Numbered from the stretch's first letter, positions 24,050 to 38,127 are shown. The stretch is DNA of 64,000 nt from Octopus sinensis (GCF_006345805.1 NC_043004.1:33542001-33606000); one strand, 5' to 3'. Numbers and translations: made by a program. Notes: a model not told the origin generated them from the sequence alone.

Positions 24050-24531
24050 TATGCTTCAACAAATGAACTCATATTAAGAATCTTGCAAACCAAATCCAAA
24101 AACGAAATATAATTCTAGTGTGTTTTTGAACTACTTTACAAAATATATTGTTATATAATAGATGCATGGAGACGTTCTTTATATATCTGGTAACTCTTGT
24201 CTTGGAATGGTCTACAATTTGTTTCACCTACTTGGCTGAATTCCCAATTTACTAGGAATTTCACACTTGATTCTCACTTGAATTCTCAATATAGCAAGAA
24301 TTGGCAAACATTATGTTAAAATCCAGTCAAACTAAAAACAACTGTACTAATCAGAAAGTAGGTCATCATTGCAAAATTAGGTCATTTACAAATGTCTCCT
24401 CAACACAACATTATTTCAAATATTGTTTTGAGTGCTCGTTTTCGAAGCTGTCAAGGATTAAGCTCACCACATCATCATAGCCAAACACTTCACAGTGGAA
24501 AAGAGCAAAGGTATTGATTGCTTACAACTTA

Positions 24532-24762
24532 AGGCGTCAAGCTGGCAGAAACATTAGCATGCCAGGCGAAATGCTTAGCGGTATGTCGTCTGCCGCTAGG
24601 TTCTGAGTTCAGATTCCGCCGAGGTCGACTTCGCCTTTCATCCTTTCGGGGTCGATTAAATAAGTACCAGTTGTGCACTGGGGTCGATATAATCGACTCA
24701 ATCTGTGTGTCTGTCCTTGTTTGGCCTCTCTGTGTGTAGCCCCTTGTGGGCAGTAAAGAAAT
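24532..24762 (+). mobile_element. SINE (second family) with 23-bp TSD
   Basis: AGGTATTGATTG(C/T)TTACAACTTA at 24509-24531 and 24763-24785; B-box-like GAGTTCAGATTCC; homologs at 52851-53074, 35995-36150(-), 13920-14090. Confidence 0.8.
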
Positions 24763-24944
24763 AGGTATTGATTGTTTACAACTTATGACGTCTGTAAATT
24801 TTAGAAGATTCTGAGAAAGATCAAAAGGACTTTAATTAAATGTATCCAGATGTCAGTTGAAGATGAATTATTTCGACTGGAAAGTGATAATGATATGTCC
24901 CAAACATAGAGATGTGGGTTCTCGATCAGCCGATGGCAGTGGTG

Positions 24945-25328
24945 ATGGAGTATTCATGGTGCTCCGTCGGTTACGATGACGAGGGTTCCAGTTGATCTGG
25001 TCAATGGAACAGACTGCTCATGAAATTAATGTGCAAGTGGCTGAGCACTCCACAGACACGTGTACCCTTAACGTAGCTCTTGGGGAGATTCAGCATGACA
25101 CAGAGTGTGACAAGGCCGGCCCTTTGAAATACAAGTACAACAGAAACAGGAAGAAAGAATGAAAGTTGAATGAAAGAGTACAGCAGGGTCCGCCACTGTC
25201 CCCTGCTGGAGCTTCGTGGAGCTTTAGGTGTTTTTGCTCAATAAACACTCCCAACGCCCTGTCTGGGAATTGAAACCACAATTGTACAACTGCAAGTTCG
25301 CTGCCCTAACCACTGTGCCATTGCATCT
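24945..25328 (-). mobile_element. tRNA-derived SINE (same subfamily as 58610-58999)
   Basis: Reverse complement aligns along its length with 58610-58999. Confidence 0.8.
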
Positions 25329-26181
25329 CATGATGAAATATTGGTATTAGATCGATTGCCAGTTCCAAATAATAGCCTTCATTTTTAGGTGTTTCTGTTT
25401 AGTTGTTTTTGTATGAGCTTTTTTTTTTTTTCAATGTGTTCTTGGATTGGCACTGAGCACAGACATTTCTTACCTCTTGTACCCATGTCTGATAGGGTTA
25501 ATCAGTTTTAGTCATTTATTACTCATGAATTTTAGCAAGAATTTCTAAAGAACAATTCAGAATGTAAGACTTCTTAACCTTTTTTTATATATTTAAGGTT
25601 TTCTCTTCTTTCTTAATATAAACCATCTCTGCTACTGACATTTTCTATTTTCTGCAATTTTTTTTTTTTTGTGTGTGACAAAAGATTTACTTACAGTCTC
25701 CCATTAGTTGATCTCTTCCATAATTTAGATGTAGCTTTATAACGAAGTATTAGAACTATCAATGCTTTTAAACAAAGGAGCTTTTTATATATTTTCATAA
25801 CAAAGATAGTTTGTATTTTCATTGTTGTTGTTGGTGTTTCTTTTCTTTTCTCTCTTTCTTTCTTTCTTTTTCTTTTTTTTTTTGATATTTTCGGTTGACT
25901 AGATTACCTTATTGATTCCACTTAATTTTTATGTCAATTTGTATACCTTGTAAAGACGACGTGTTATCCTATCTATTCTATTCATTTTGATTATAGTAAA
26001 TGAGTGAGCAGTGGTATCAACAGTACCAGTATTTCATGAAAATAACCAATATTTGGCTTTTGTTGTTTTTGTTTATTTTTAATGTTATATTGTGTTTATT
26101 GTGGCTAACCTAGTCTGCAACATTGATTATTTATTCTTCAGCTTTTCATTTTATATTTTAATGTCTCTCTTTTTACTGAAG

Positions 26182-26269
26182 TGTGAAGATGTATCAGAAA
26201 TATGGAGTACATCTTGTGGCACTCAATGTAATGTTTCGGTGGAATACAAATTGTTACAAGTGCCATTGG
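26182..26269 (+). CDS. Weak candidate exon (VKMYQKYGVHLVALN...)
   Basis: Pyrimidine-rich acceptor ending ACTGAAG, open phase-2 frame, possible donors at 26228 (GTAATG) or 26270 (GTATAT). Confidence 0.15.
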
Positions 26270-26629
26270 GTATATCGGGTGCATCGTCAATTTTGCTAGT
26301 TTCAGTTAGTCTAAAGCTATTCAATTTCAAATATTATTTCCCATCAACTAAATCCATTTTAAACCATCTCCTTGCTATGCTCTAATATTCAGGCATAGTC
26401 ACTTGAACAGCTAGAAATAGCAGCTGAAATCCTCTCACATCATACACCTTCCATTTTAAATAAAGAGAGAAAATGTTGGCATTTAGTGCTATACTTGCAG
26501 GCATGGCTTTGAAGTTTGGGATTCAGTTCCTCTCTACACCATCTTCTACTGTAGTCCTAGGAGGACAAAACCTTGAGAGTGGATTTGGTATACAGCAGCT
26601 AAAACAGCCCCATCATATGTGTATGTGTA

Positions 26630-26708
<79 letters not shown>

Positions 26709-26712
26709 TTCT

Positions 26713-26743
<31 letters not shown>

Positions 26744-26896
26744 ATATATATATATATTATATATATATATATATACATACATACACATACATACATACAT
26801 ACATACATACATACAACATACATACATACATACATACAACATACATACATACATACATACATGCATGCATGCATGCATACATACAAAGATATATAT

Positions 26897-26960
<64 letters not shown>

Positions 26961-28489
26961 TATACATATATATGCATATACATATATATGCACGCATATA
27001 CATATATGTATGTATATGAAGATTCTTGAATAATGTTTCTTTACATAAATCTCTGGATCAATTCTTTGTTCAGTGTCATTTCATAGATTAAGGTGTGGTA
27101 TTAAAGAGATTTTTAAACAAATAAATTAATCTGGTATTAAATAGACCAAGTAGAAACAGATTAACTAGTATTAGATAAATTAAGTGGTCTGCTACTAAAT
27201 AGATTAACTAGTCTAGTTTTACATAGATTAAGTTTTGTATTAAATATATTAAGTAGTCTGGTATTAAACGGATTAAGTGGTCTAGTCTTTCATGACAGAG
27301 GGCATCAAATTGCTTGCTCTGTGATGACTTTTTAATCAGGAATAGATATAAATTATGTTTGCTGCACACCGAAATAACATAACAATAGCTGCATTATGAT
27401 AGATGCAGCATAACAGTTGCAGTGGAATTATAATGTTGTCATAAAACAATGACAACATAATGAGGTATTGAGGTGACAGGAAGCTCTCATCATCATCATC
27501 TTTTTAATGTCCACCTTCCATGCATGGTTGGGTTAGTTTCACAAGAGCCAGCCAGTTAGAATCCTGCGCCTGACTTCTGTGACTGTTTTGGCAGGATTAT
27601 TACAGCTGGATACCCTTCCTAACACCAACCACTCAGCAGAGTGGACTTAATGATTTTTATATGGCACAAGCGCAGGTGAGATCAGTTTTGGCAAAGTTTT
27701 TACAGCTGGATGCTCTTCTGAACACCAACCACTTTACAGTGTGGACTGAGTGCTTTGAAGTGGCACCTGCACTTATGGGGTCACCAAGTACTTGCAAGAC
27801 AAAAAGAAAAGAAATCCGACACAAGGAGGTGATCTTGTGTTTGATGATGAAAGGTTATAGTGAGACAAAGAGACAGAAACAGGTGTCTATCTGTAGAGGA
27901 AGTACAAGGTTACCCAGCCAGAGAGAAAGAGAGAGAGAGATCAGGAATGAAGACAGAAACAGGTGGGCTACCGCAAAAGAAATACATGGTTACCCAACCT
28001 GAGGGAAGTGCAGGAGAAGAAGAGAGAGTGTGGGAGACAGCAGGAGAGAAATGGTGGCAAAATGCCAGGCATACTCACAAGAGACGGGGATCAGAATATA
28101 AATGGGATGGTTGAGTAAAGGAAGAGAGAGAAGCTCTAGTAGTTAAAAATTAGAATTGGCAGAAACTGTATGGTGTATAGTTTAGGTACAAGCCCAGTAA
28201 GGTTTGAGGGGAGGGATCTAGTCAACACCATCATCCCAGTACTTGATTGTGCTTTATTTTATCTCTCTCAGAAAGATAAAAAGCAGAGATGAATTTTGCT
28301 GGATTTGAACTAAGAACACAAAGTGACAGTAAAAATGCCAAACATTTTTCCACCTCTCAAACGACTGTACCAGCTCAGCTGTCTCTTAATAGTTATATCT
28401 TATTTCGACACAAGATCAGTAATTTTAAAGGGAGGGGCAGTAGTCAATACTATGGACCCTAGTACTTGACTAGTATTTATTTTATCCCA

Positions 28490-28885
28490 TGCCGGTGGTA
28501 CATAAAAAGCACCATTCAAGCATGATGATTACCAGTGTCACCTTACTGGCACTTGTGCCAGTGGCACGTGAAAAACAACATTCAAGTGAGGTCATTGCCA
28601 GTGCCACTGGACTGGCTCCTGTGCAGGTGGCACATAAAAAATAGCATTTGAGTGTGGCCATTGCCAATACCACCTGACTGGCCCTCATGCTGGTGGCATG
28701 TAAAAGCAACCACTACACTCTCGGAGTGGTTGGCATTAGGAAGGGCATCAAGCTGTAGAAATTCTGCCAGATCAGATTGGAGCCTGGTGCAGCCATCTAG
28801 CTCACCAGTCCTCAGTCAAGCCGTCCAACCCATGCCAGCATGGAAAGCATACGTTAAACGATGATGTTTATGATGATGATGATGA
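28490..28885 (+). mobile_element. RTE 3'-tail repeat copy
   Basis: Very similar to 720-1092, including unit array and (GAT)n tail. Confidence 0.8.
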
Positions 28886-29031
28886 TGATGATCCCATGAG
28901 GAATAAATGGCAAAGCTTCTTTGGCTGGATTTGAACTCTGAAAATAAAGAACTGGTAAAAGTACTGTGAAATATGTTTTTCAGACACTTTAATGATTCTG
29001 CTAGCTTGTAACATAAATAGTAACATAAATG

Positions 29032-29079
<48 letters not shown>

Positions 29080-29087
29080 TAATAATG

Positions 29088-29123
<36 letters not shown>

Positions 29124-31716
29124 TAATAATAATAATAATAATAACAACTTGGGACAAATCTTATGTCACGAAGCAGAGACATCTGTGATATTTTTTGTAG
29201 GATCTTTCCTTGCAGAGGAAAGAAACATCAATTATAGTAAAAGGAAATATAAAATGGTTTTAGTGAGAGAGAGAAAGAGATAGTGGGAAGAAGGAAGAGG
29301 TAACATGTCAGTGGGGATGGTCAGAAAGAGGATCAAAATAAAAGAATATGAAAATATGTGAAAAATATGAAGAGAAAATGACTGGGAAATGCTATATAGA
29401 CATACAAACACAATATAGATATATTCACACATACACACACGTTTGAGCAACGTAGGTGAGGTGTTAAGCAAAATATGTAAGGTGATGTCAATGATAATAA
29501 ACCAGAGAAAAGATATTGTATTTCCTTATTTATTTTTTTAAAAATAATCTTATAATATTTTGGGAAAGATTTCCCCTTTTCAAATAAAAGAAGGAAAATA
29601 ATCAAAAATTTCAGAAAAATGTATTTGTAACATTCTTAAGTGTTGTGATACTTTACAGTCTGTGCTCTGTGCCATAGTTACACACTGCGTTTTGGCAGGA
29701 ATTGTATTGTCATTTCTTGAGATTAAATAGCTGCAGCTTGCTCTACTAAGTGCTTATAGCTGTTACTCAGTATTGATTTTGTAAATTATCATCTGCATTT
29801 ATTGTAACCAGCTTAATCAATTAGATCTCTTCTTCATTTAATCAACTTCAACATCATTATCCTCCTGTTTGCTCATAGTAGAAAAATATTATTGCCTTTT
29901 ATACAACTAAAACAATGGCCAGTTCTCCTAGTTTAATGCCACCTCCATACAAGTCTTTATGACTCGCTTATCTCTCCTCCTCTTATCCTCCTTATTGTGT
30001 ATGCAACCGAATTCTACACTGATCACTTTGTCCAGTCCTCCAGAATGTAGTTGACTGGAAATTTGTTTCTGCCTATGTTTTTCCTGTCTCTATTCACTTG
30101 CAATTGTTCAAAGACAAATGTTTGCCATGTTGGTCTTGGAGAGTCTGTGAAGACATTAGCACAGACCCTTCCTCTAGAACAAACCAACAATGAGGAATTA
30201 TTTGGGAAAGTGTCTACACCAAGGAATTAGAAGTAAAATCAGTCTCAGAATACATCTTGCAGACCTAAGAATTTGAAGCTCTAACAAAGGTTTCAGATGT
30301 CAAAATGCTGAGTTTAAACAAAAAAAGCTAAAAACTAAAACAAATCAGATAAAAAAGAAGATTAGGAAAGATAAGGGGAATATTTCTTTATTGTTTAAAA
30401 CCCTAACTTGATTCCCTGTAAGGGTTCACATTCAACGAGTTTGTGCTGTTTGGTGCAATAAAGGGCAACAAGGGATTTTCACAAAGGAAAGGAGATAATC
30501 TTAGATTATTTATTTTTAACCAACAAAAATAATAAAGTAAAATATTATATTTACAGTCTGAAAGGTAAAAAAATATATAATGAAAAAATTATGTTAGAGA
30601 AGGAATGAGAAAGGTGAGTGGAAAATAGATGAGTCTTAGAGTAGAAACCTTTTAAAGTCTATTAACCCCCAAGTTATAAACATATTGATCGAATCAGGTA
30701 GGGAGAATAACACAAAAATAGCAAACAGGCACATAATAAAACAACAGCAACAAAAATATCATTTGGAAAGTGTTCAGCTTCCAAAATACAACACCATTCA
30801 TTGAAGAACACATTTTACAGGTTTCTCTTTTCTAAGTCCATTTCTGGTTGCAATAAATAAAGTGCACAGAAGTGCTGAGAACAGTTATGTTCTTCTCTTT
30901 CGTTTCTTGGAAATATTGCTGTATTTATGTCTATTCTTAACTTTAATGAATATATTTCGCAGAAAGGAAACTGGTAATTGTGTTGTGGAGTCTAGAATTG
31001 GCTTCAACTGACACCCAAACCAAGCTGCAATGATGTTGTCTTAATTAGCAGTTTTATTAAGTTGGCATTATAAAATTTCACATAAAATGGAATAATTTCG
31101 AATTTTGTTAGACAGTTTGAAGCAAAAGAATAACTATTAACGTAGATATTGGTTGCAGTTGAAGTCTATTTCACTAACATGCTATAAATTGTTCTTTCTT
31201 ATTTACTGCAGAGCTATATAAACAAGACTTGACTTGATAATAGAAGCAGAATACTGTCAAATTTTATCAAATAATGTCATCTAATATCTTTCTGAAAGCT
31301 GAGCTTTGACATATTCGAAATGTATAACACTATTAGTTGACACTACACAATTTTGATAAATTAAGGTTGAGGTAAAATTGCCATAAATAAAACAACTACA
31401 CAAGCATTATTGACGGAACCAAATTGGTAAAGGGATTTTTATAGGTTTTGAATGAAGATTAATTACACAGTATATAATGATAACTATTCATTTATCCTTT
31501 GCACTAAAATGATGAATGAAATGAACTTTTTCACCTTTTATGATCATATCTATCCATCAAGAATTGACATTTGTACTGAAAATTAGAACTATTTACAGAA
31601 TGAGCAAAATAGATATGACTGGAAATTGAACCTTTCTCCTAAACTCGGTTCACTGGAAGCTTATCATCTCTGCTAGAAAATGGGCCATGATTGATCAGAA
31701 TAAACTATAACAACTA

Positions 31717-32971
31717 TTAGGGTGTTCTGAAAATAATGGCTGATTTCAGAAACAATTTTATTCTGGAAAAATTAACAATAGAAATGTTTTGATTGGTCAA
31801 AGTATGAGTCGTGAACATCTATGCATCTCTACCATTAATCAACAAAATTATCGGCTTTGATGCTAAGAAATCTTTGAAAGCTGATTCCACCTCTGGTTTG
31901 GAGTTGAAAGTTTTATCCTTTAAAAACTTGTTTAAATGCTTTAAAAAATGGTAGTCTGTGGGTGAAAGATCAGGAGAATATGGAGGATGGGGTAAAGTCT
32001 CGTATCCCAAGTCTGAGAGTATTCTGCAGCATCATTCTTGCAACATGTGGCTTTGCATTATCATAGAGCAGAAATGGGCCACACCGATTCACCAATGCAG
32101 GTCTCATTTTTTGCAAGTGAGCATGCATTTCAGTGAGTTGATTGCAGTAAACCTCTGCTGTAATGCTCTGATTGGCTTCTAGAAAGCTGTAATGGACAAC
32201 ATCAATTGCAGACCACCAGACAGTCATCATAATCCTTTGCTGATGCAACTTTGGTTTTGGGAAATGTTTGGCGGGATTCATCACGATCAAGCCATTGACC
32301 TTATCATTTACAATTATAAAGGATCACTTTTTGTCACAAGTGACTATTCAGTCAAGAAAGGGATCATTGGTGTTTTGCAGAAAGAGCATCAAGCACACTT
32401 CAAAACGCCAAACTTTTTGATTTTCATTGAGCTCATGCAGTACCCATTTTTCAAGCTTTTTCATCTTACCAATCTTCTGCAGATTGCATAAGACTGTTGC
32501 AATACCGATACCAAATGCCTGAGACATTTCTCTGACACTTTGACGTGGGTTTTGTTCAACAGTTGATTTCAATTGTTCATTGTCAAGACTGCATGACCGT
32601 CCTCTACTTTCTTCATCTTCAAGGCTCTCATCACCACTATGAAATTTCTGAAACCACCTTTGTACTGTGTGATCACTTGTGGACCCCTCTCCCCATGCTC
32701 TATTGGTATTGGTAGCAGTTTGGAAAGAACTGTGCCCAAGCTTGAACTCATACAATAAAAGTAAGCGAGGGTCCTTTTTTGTCATGTTCATAATTTAGGG
32801 CGCCTATGCTTTAAGAATGTTTTCTGTCTGAAATAAGTAGAAAATTATTTAAGAGCATACGTCAATTATTGAATATGTCAAAATTCACCTAAAATATAAT
32901 TAAAATACTATGATAAAATTGCGTTTCAAAGCACAACACTTTGAGTGGCCGTTATTTTTGGAACAACCAAA
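31717..32971 (-). mobile_element. Full-length mariner DNA transposon (1255 bp), decayed
   Basis: TA|TTAGGGTGTTCTGAAAATAATGGC and GCCGTTATTTTTGGAACAACCAAA|TA degenerate TIRs with TA TSD. Confidence 0.9.
31819..32791 (-). pseudogene. Mariner (DD34D-type) transposase in three frameshifted pieces
   Basis: WVLHELNENQK (WVPHEL motif), LLYDNAKPH, LPHPPYSPDLSPTDYHFL (YSPDL motif); stops and frameshifts between pieces. Confidence 0.92.
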
Positions 32972-33774
32972 TATAACCATTCTTTCCTCTTCCACAAGGG
33001 AATGGTAGCCTTTTGAAATACTGCCTCTGTGAATGTGTTTAACCTGCAACAATAGACAGATCACTGTTCAAAAGAAACGTCAATAGTATTAATTAATAGT
33101 CTTGAACTGTATGAGAAGGTTATGGATATAGCTCTATTCCTCCAGTCCTACGAAATACCTAAATACATAAATAAATAGAAACTAAATGATTACAATTCCA
33201 AAATATTTAAACGGAGGTCTTCAAAAATTTAAATTTAAGTTTCAGTAAATAGATTTCTTCACTCTCTAACTCAGCGTTTTACTACTTTGGCATGTTATAC
33301 AATTATCTCCTTCACACAAACAATCTCTGGAAGCGATTTCACTAAATACAAATCCTTGAATAGATAGATCTGAGCTGTCTGTCAGTATTGACTTTCTTCA
33401 GACCAAGTCTCTATTTAATAAAATTTGTTTGCAACAGTATTATTTTCTGCATAGATGATAAGTTTATTTACAATAAAATACTTTCCTAAAAGTTTCTGTA
33501 TTTCTTCTACTATAAGATATTACATTATTCAAAATAAATTTCCTTGCAGAATTTGCCTTTAGAATTATACAATGATCTAATCCAAAAAGAATGTAGGCTT
33601 TTAGTATAAATTCTTTAAAAAATTTCCCCTTAATCTGTCAGAATTTAGTATTGATATGTTTACTCGACATTTTAAAAGAAAGGTAGGACAATCACTTGTC
33701 ACTTGTGAATATGTATGGCTTGGTAACACATACTATGTAACAGGCCACTGCAATGGCTTAAATAAAGACACTTA

Positions 33775-33807
<33 letters not shown>

Positions 33808-34312
33808 CGTTATAATAATGGTATGATTCAACTCCATAATATTAGAGGTTTTGTGAGTGCTCAGGACATATCCACTTTGGTAGATGTCACAAAGGTGCTT
33901 CGGGCATGAAATTATAAGAAATGTGGAGCCGAGTGAAACTGTTATTCAATACATGTGACTCCCAACTAAGTGTGGTCTCAGGGATGTGAAACTAAGTGGC
34001 AAAAAAAGATATTCAGTTTGAATAAACAACTTAAATAATATATTCCACACCGTTTGATGAAATGTGATAGATAATCCCTTCCTCTCTCATTGTCAAACTG
34101 TAACATGTGAATGTTTATATATATATTTAAATACATATACACACATCCACCCACCCAAACACGCCCACCTCCACACACAGAGAGTGCGATTAGTAAATCG
34201 TTGCCATTTTATATTTTTAATTTCGTGCATGCACATTGTTTTTTTTCTTACTTTTGTTGACTACACAGTATAGTAGGGACAGTTGGGCACTGTCTGTGAG
34301 AAAAACAGCATC

Positions 34313-34575
34313 ATGACACAATTCACTCTGCCAGAAATTTGGAAATGTGTATTGCTTGGCATTCGCACTGGAAACTTCAATATGAACATTTCAGAGTGTT
34401 TGGGTGTCAATCTGAAGACATGTACTGAGAGTGATAAAAATCAAACATTGAATGAATTTACTCTTTAGTATTTCAAGATATTTTAATGTAATTTTGGTAA
34501 ATATATCTGTTAAAATGAGATGTCAGTGTTATTTTCCTTTTTGCATAATTCCATTAACAGTTTATTCACTGCACC

Positions 34576-34578
<3 letters not shown>
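34313..34578 (+). mobile_element. Tc1/IS630-like internally deleted fragment
   Basis: MTQFTLPEIWK...ISECLGVNLKT HTH-like start; ends GCACCCTG|TA like a Tc1 TIR. Confidence 0.4.
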
Positions 34579-34613
<35 letters not shown>

Positions 34614-34719
34614 TTTGATACTTTGATAGGTTTCGGCCATTATTGGCCCAGGCCATGTCTAACTTAATAGCACCACCTATATATATATATGCCTATGTCT
34701 ATATCTATATCTATTTTGA

Positions 34720-34831
34720 TCAACACAGTTTGGTCCATACTCCTTGGCACTCTGAGATCAGGCATTAATGGCTGAAGACTACACATGCTTGAAACTCAGA
34801 GTACCACAGAGTCTGAATCAAACTGTTTTGA
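34720..34831 (+). repeat. Small old foldback (37-bp arms, 30/37 match) with degenerate hammerhead at 34769-34806
   Basis: TGG CTGAAGA ctacacatgctt GAAA CTC a GAG TA CCA; 3' half of the motif lies in the right arm. Confidence 0.5.
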
Positions 34832-34926
34832 TGTTTACATGTAACTCCCAATAAAGGTGTTGAGTGCCTTTCTTTCGTTTGTCTGCTCGCTTATATCTAC
34901 CTATGTATATAATTTAAATATATATA

Positions 34927-35849
34927 TGTGTGAACTGCCATGCTACACGGCAGTGAAACATGGGCCATGAATGCTGAGGACAAGCGTAAGCTTGAAAGAA
35001 ATGAAGCTAGTATGGTCTGCTGGGTGTGTAATGTCGTGTGCATACATGACAGAGAGTAAGTGCCCTGAGAGAAAAGTTGGGCATAAGAAGCATCAAATGT
35101 GGTGTGCAAGAGAGACAACTGCACTGGTATGGCCATGTGTTACATATGAATGAAGACAGCTGTGTGAGGAAATGACACTCCCTAACTGTAGAAGGATCCT
35201 GTGGAAGAAGTAGAGCTTAGAAGACATGGGACGAGGTGGTGGAGCATGACCTTCAAATATTGGGCCTCACAGAGGCAATGACAGGAGACCAGGACCTTGA
35301 ATATATGGTGTGATTGAGAAAACCTGGCAACTAAAGTGAGATCGCAGCCACGCATATCCAGCCCTGTTAAGACTACCCCTGATGCATTGGGTAATATGTT
35401 ATACTTGAGAAGACCTGTTGAGTCAAGAAAAACCAATATCCTGACTGGCTCCTGTGCCAGTGGCACTTAAAAAGCACCATCCAAATGTGGTCGATGCCAG
35501 GTCTGCCTGACTGGCTCCCATGCCAGTGGCATGTAGAAAGCACCAACCAATCGTGGCTGATGCTAGTACCCCCCCAATTGGCTCTTGTGCCAGTGACATG
35601 TCAAAAGCACCATCCAAATGTGATCCATGCCAGGCCCACCTGACTGGCTCCCATGCTGGTGGCACGTAAAAAGCACCCACTAAACTCTCGGAGTGGTTGG
35701 CGTTAGGAAGGGCATCCAACTGTAGAAACATTGCAAAATCAGATTGGAGCCTAGTGCGGCCTCCTGGCTTGCCAGACTTCAAATGGTCCAACCTATGCCA
35801 GCATGGAAAACAGATATTGGACGATGATGATGATGATGATGATGATGAT
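34927..35849 (+). mobile_element. RTE-clade LINE 3' end: RT C-terminus, 3' UTR with ~66-bp tandem units, (GAT)n tail
   Basis: TAMLHGSETWAMNAEDKRKLERNEASM and R..WYGHV-like motifs, followed by four ~66-bp units and the common tail. Confidence 0.85.
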
Positions 35850-37089
35850 ACATACACATACGCATACATGTAGATACTCATACACAAATATTCACACACA
35901 CACATGCACACACATGAACATTCACATGTTACTTTGATAATGGGATAAAAAGTTATTCATCCTTTCATCACATAACGCAGATTATATTCTTTTCTTTATT
36001 GCCCAATAAACATAGCGGGGACAAATAAGGATAGACAAAGGGATTAAATCAATTACATCAACCCCAGTGCATAACTGGTACTTATTTTAATCGACCCTGA
36101 AATGATGAAAGGTAAAGTCGACCTCAGTGGAATTTGAACTCAGAACATAATGGCAGGCTAATAGTGATGTAGATTGCATTATTTATGTTATTTATTTAAA
36201 CTGAAGATTTTTCCATTGCAACTTTGTTTCACATGACTGTGATCAGAGGCCACATTTGTTTTCCTTTGTTCTTCCAAAACTCTTCATATTCTATACAGGG
36301 GAGCTGGCACGTTCGTTTGTTTATAGCTATTAATTGGTTTCAGAGTGTCTTTCATTAAAGCAATGTTTATTGTTTTTTGCTAATTCAGTCTCTTTTCATT
36401 TGATTGTTTCCCTATTTGTTTCATCATTTGGTTTCATTTCATGTATCTTTAAAAACATTTTTCACACTCATCTTAATTTCTTTTCATTGGCTAAGTTGGT
36501 GGATGTCTTGTATCTACATATCAATTTTGTCATCATATCCTGCTCTGTTAAAAGTGCTTATTTCTTTCACATTTTTCTGGAAAGAAAATCCATACAAATA
36601 CACACATACACACACACATTTATATTTTACAATTGCACTTGGATCAGACTTTCTATGTCTGTTTATATCCCTGAGCCATTGTTGCTTCTCATCCTGGTTA
36701 TTCCCCTTCTATTGAGCCTTTCCTCTTTTCTTCTTCAATTTTTTTAGGAAAGGCACTTTGATGTTATTTTTTTATTCTTTTTTTTTAGGCCTTTTTATTT
36801 TTACCCTATCAAAATATTTCAAAGTCATTATTTCCTGCTTGTTTTCTAACATTTCTCTTATATAACATTTTTGTATTTTGCCTTTTCCTTCAAATAGAAA
36901 ATGTTTTGGATTATTTCTTTGGAATTTTATCATCCTTCTATGGTGGTGGTGGTGGGGTCAATAAAGTAAATACCAGTCAAATCCTGGTGTTGATGCTTTG
37001 TGACTAGATTAGTAACCATTATTATTATCATGAAAAGCAAATCCGTGGTATTGAGCAGAATTATTATTGTTATTATTATTATTATTATT

Positions 37090-37630
37090 GAGTGAGAGAG
37101 CAGTTCATGCCATCAAAGTGACACTGGGGTAAAATATACGAAGCCCAGTATACCCATCATGACTACACTAGGCACATGCATCACAACCATATGTGCGCCA
37201 CATGCTGATCTCATATCAAGATAAACAGCACATGACCTTGCAGGTGGGGCCCCGTTAGAATTTTCTTCAGGTTGAGTAGCCCATCCCGCTCAAAAGGTCC
37301 CTGAATAAGGGTCGCTTAAGGATGTTGAACGAAACACCCATGTTTCCAGAGGTGAATCATTCAAACCCCAAAGAATCCCTCTCAACACATGGCTATGATG
37401 CTCCCCCACTACTTCTGCTCATGATCAGATATGCACATATCGTCAACCATTAAGGGACATGCTCAACTGGTTAAAGTCAAACAACTGACAAGTAAATCTG
37501 TGGTATTGAGCAGAATATTTGCTGTAGCCCATCTTTTATACCAAGACAAAACAATGTACATGATAACACTTCCAATCAGTTAAGATCAGAAGCCATGAGA
37601 ACCACTGCCTGGTACTGCATCAGGGCATTT
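37090..37630 (-). mobile_element. ~540-bp non-coding element embedded in (TAA)n
   Basis: Complex GC-richer block flanked on both sides by (TTA)n; ends ...CTCTCTCACTC(AAT)n on -. Confidence 0.45.
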
Positions 37631-37645
37631 ATAATTATTATTTTA

Positions 37646-37681
<36 letters not shown>

Positions 37682-37709
37682 GTTGTTGTTGTTGTTGTTG
37701 TTGTTGTTA

Positions 37710-37774
<65 letters not shown>

Positions 37775-38099
37775 GTTATTACAAGCGTATGAATTTATAC
37801 AAATATTGTCTGTTAATTTTGTCCCCACATTACTACATTGTAAAATTTTGCATATTTTCATAACCACAGACAGTGTCCTTCGTGCGATTCCACAATCCTC
37901 TCAACCATTATATTCTTTCTGTAAATTCTAAGTACATAGATTCAAAAATATCTTGTCAGTATATTTTCTTCATTGCATGACGATCACAGACTTGGAACCA
38001 CCAGTTACGAGAAAGAAATAATCTCAGCTTATTATATAATGGGTGCATGTATGTGTGTGTGTGTGTGTGTGTGTGTGCATGTGTCTATGTGTGCATTAT

Positions 38100-38127
38100 C
38101 TATATCTTCATCATCATCACCACCAAC

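Noticed and set aside
34625-34675. GGCC-loop-GGCC GAAAC motif on - (family also near 51810)
   Set aside because: No CUGANGA core upstream.
35440-35690. Repeat-spacer-like array resembling CRISPR (also 690-930, 2440-2610, 28490-28720)
   Set aside because: Linkers are homologous to each other, repeats are degenerate, the array sits in an RTE 3' UTR of a eukaryote, and there are no cas genes.
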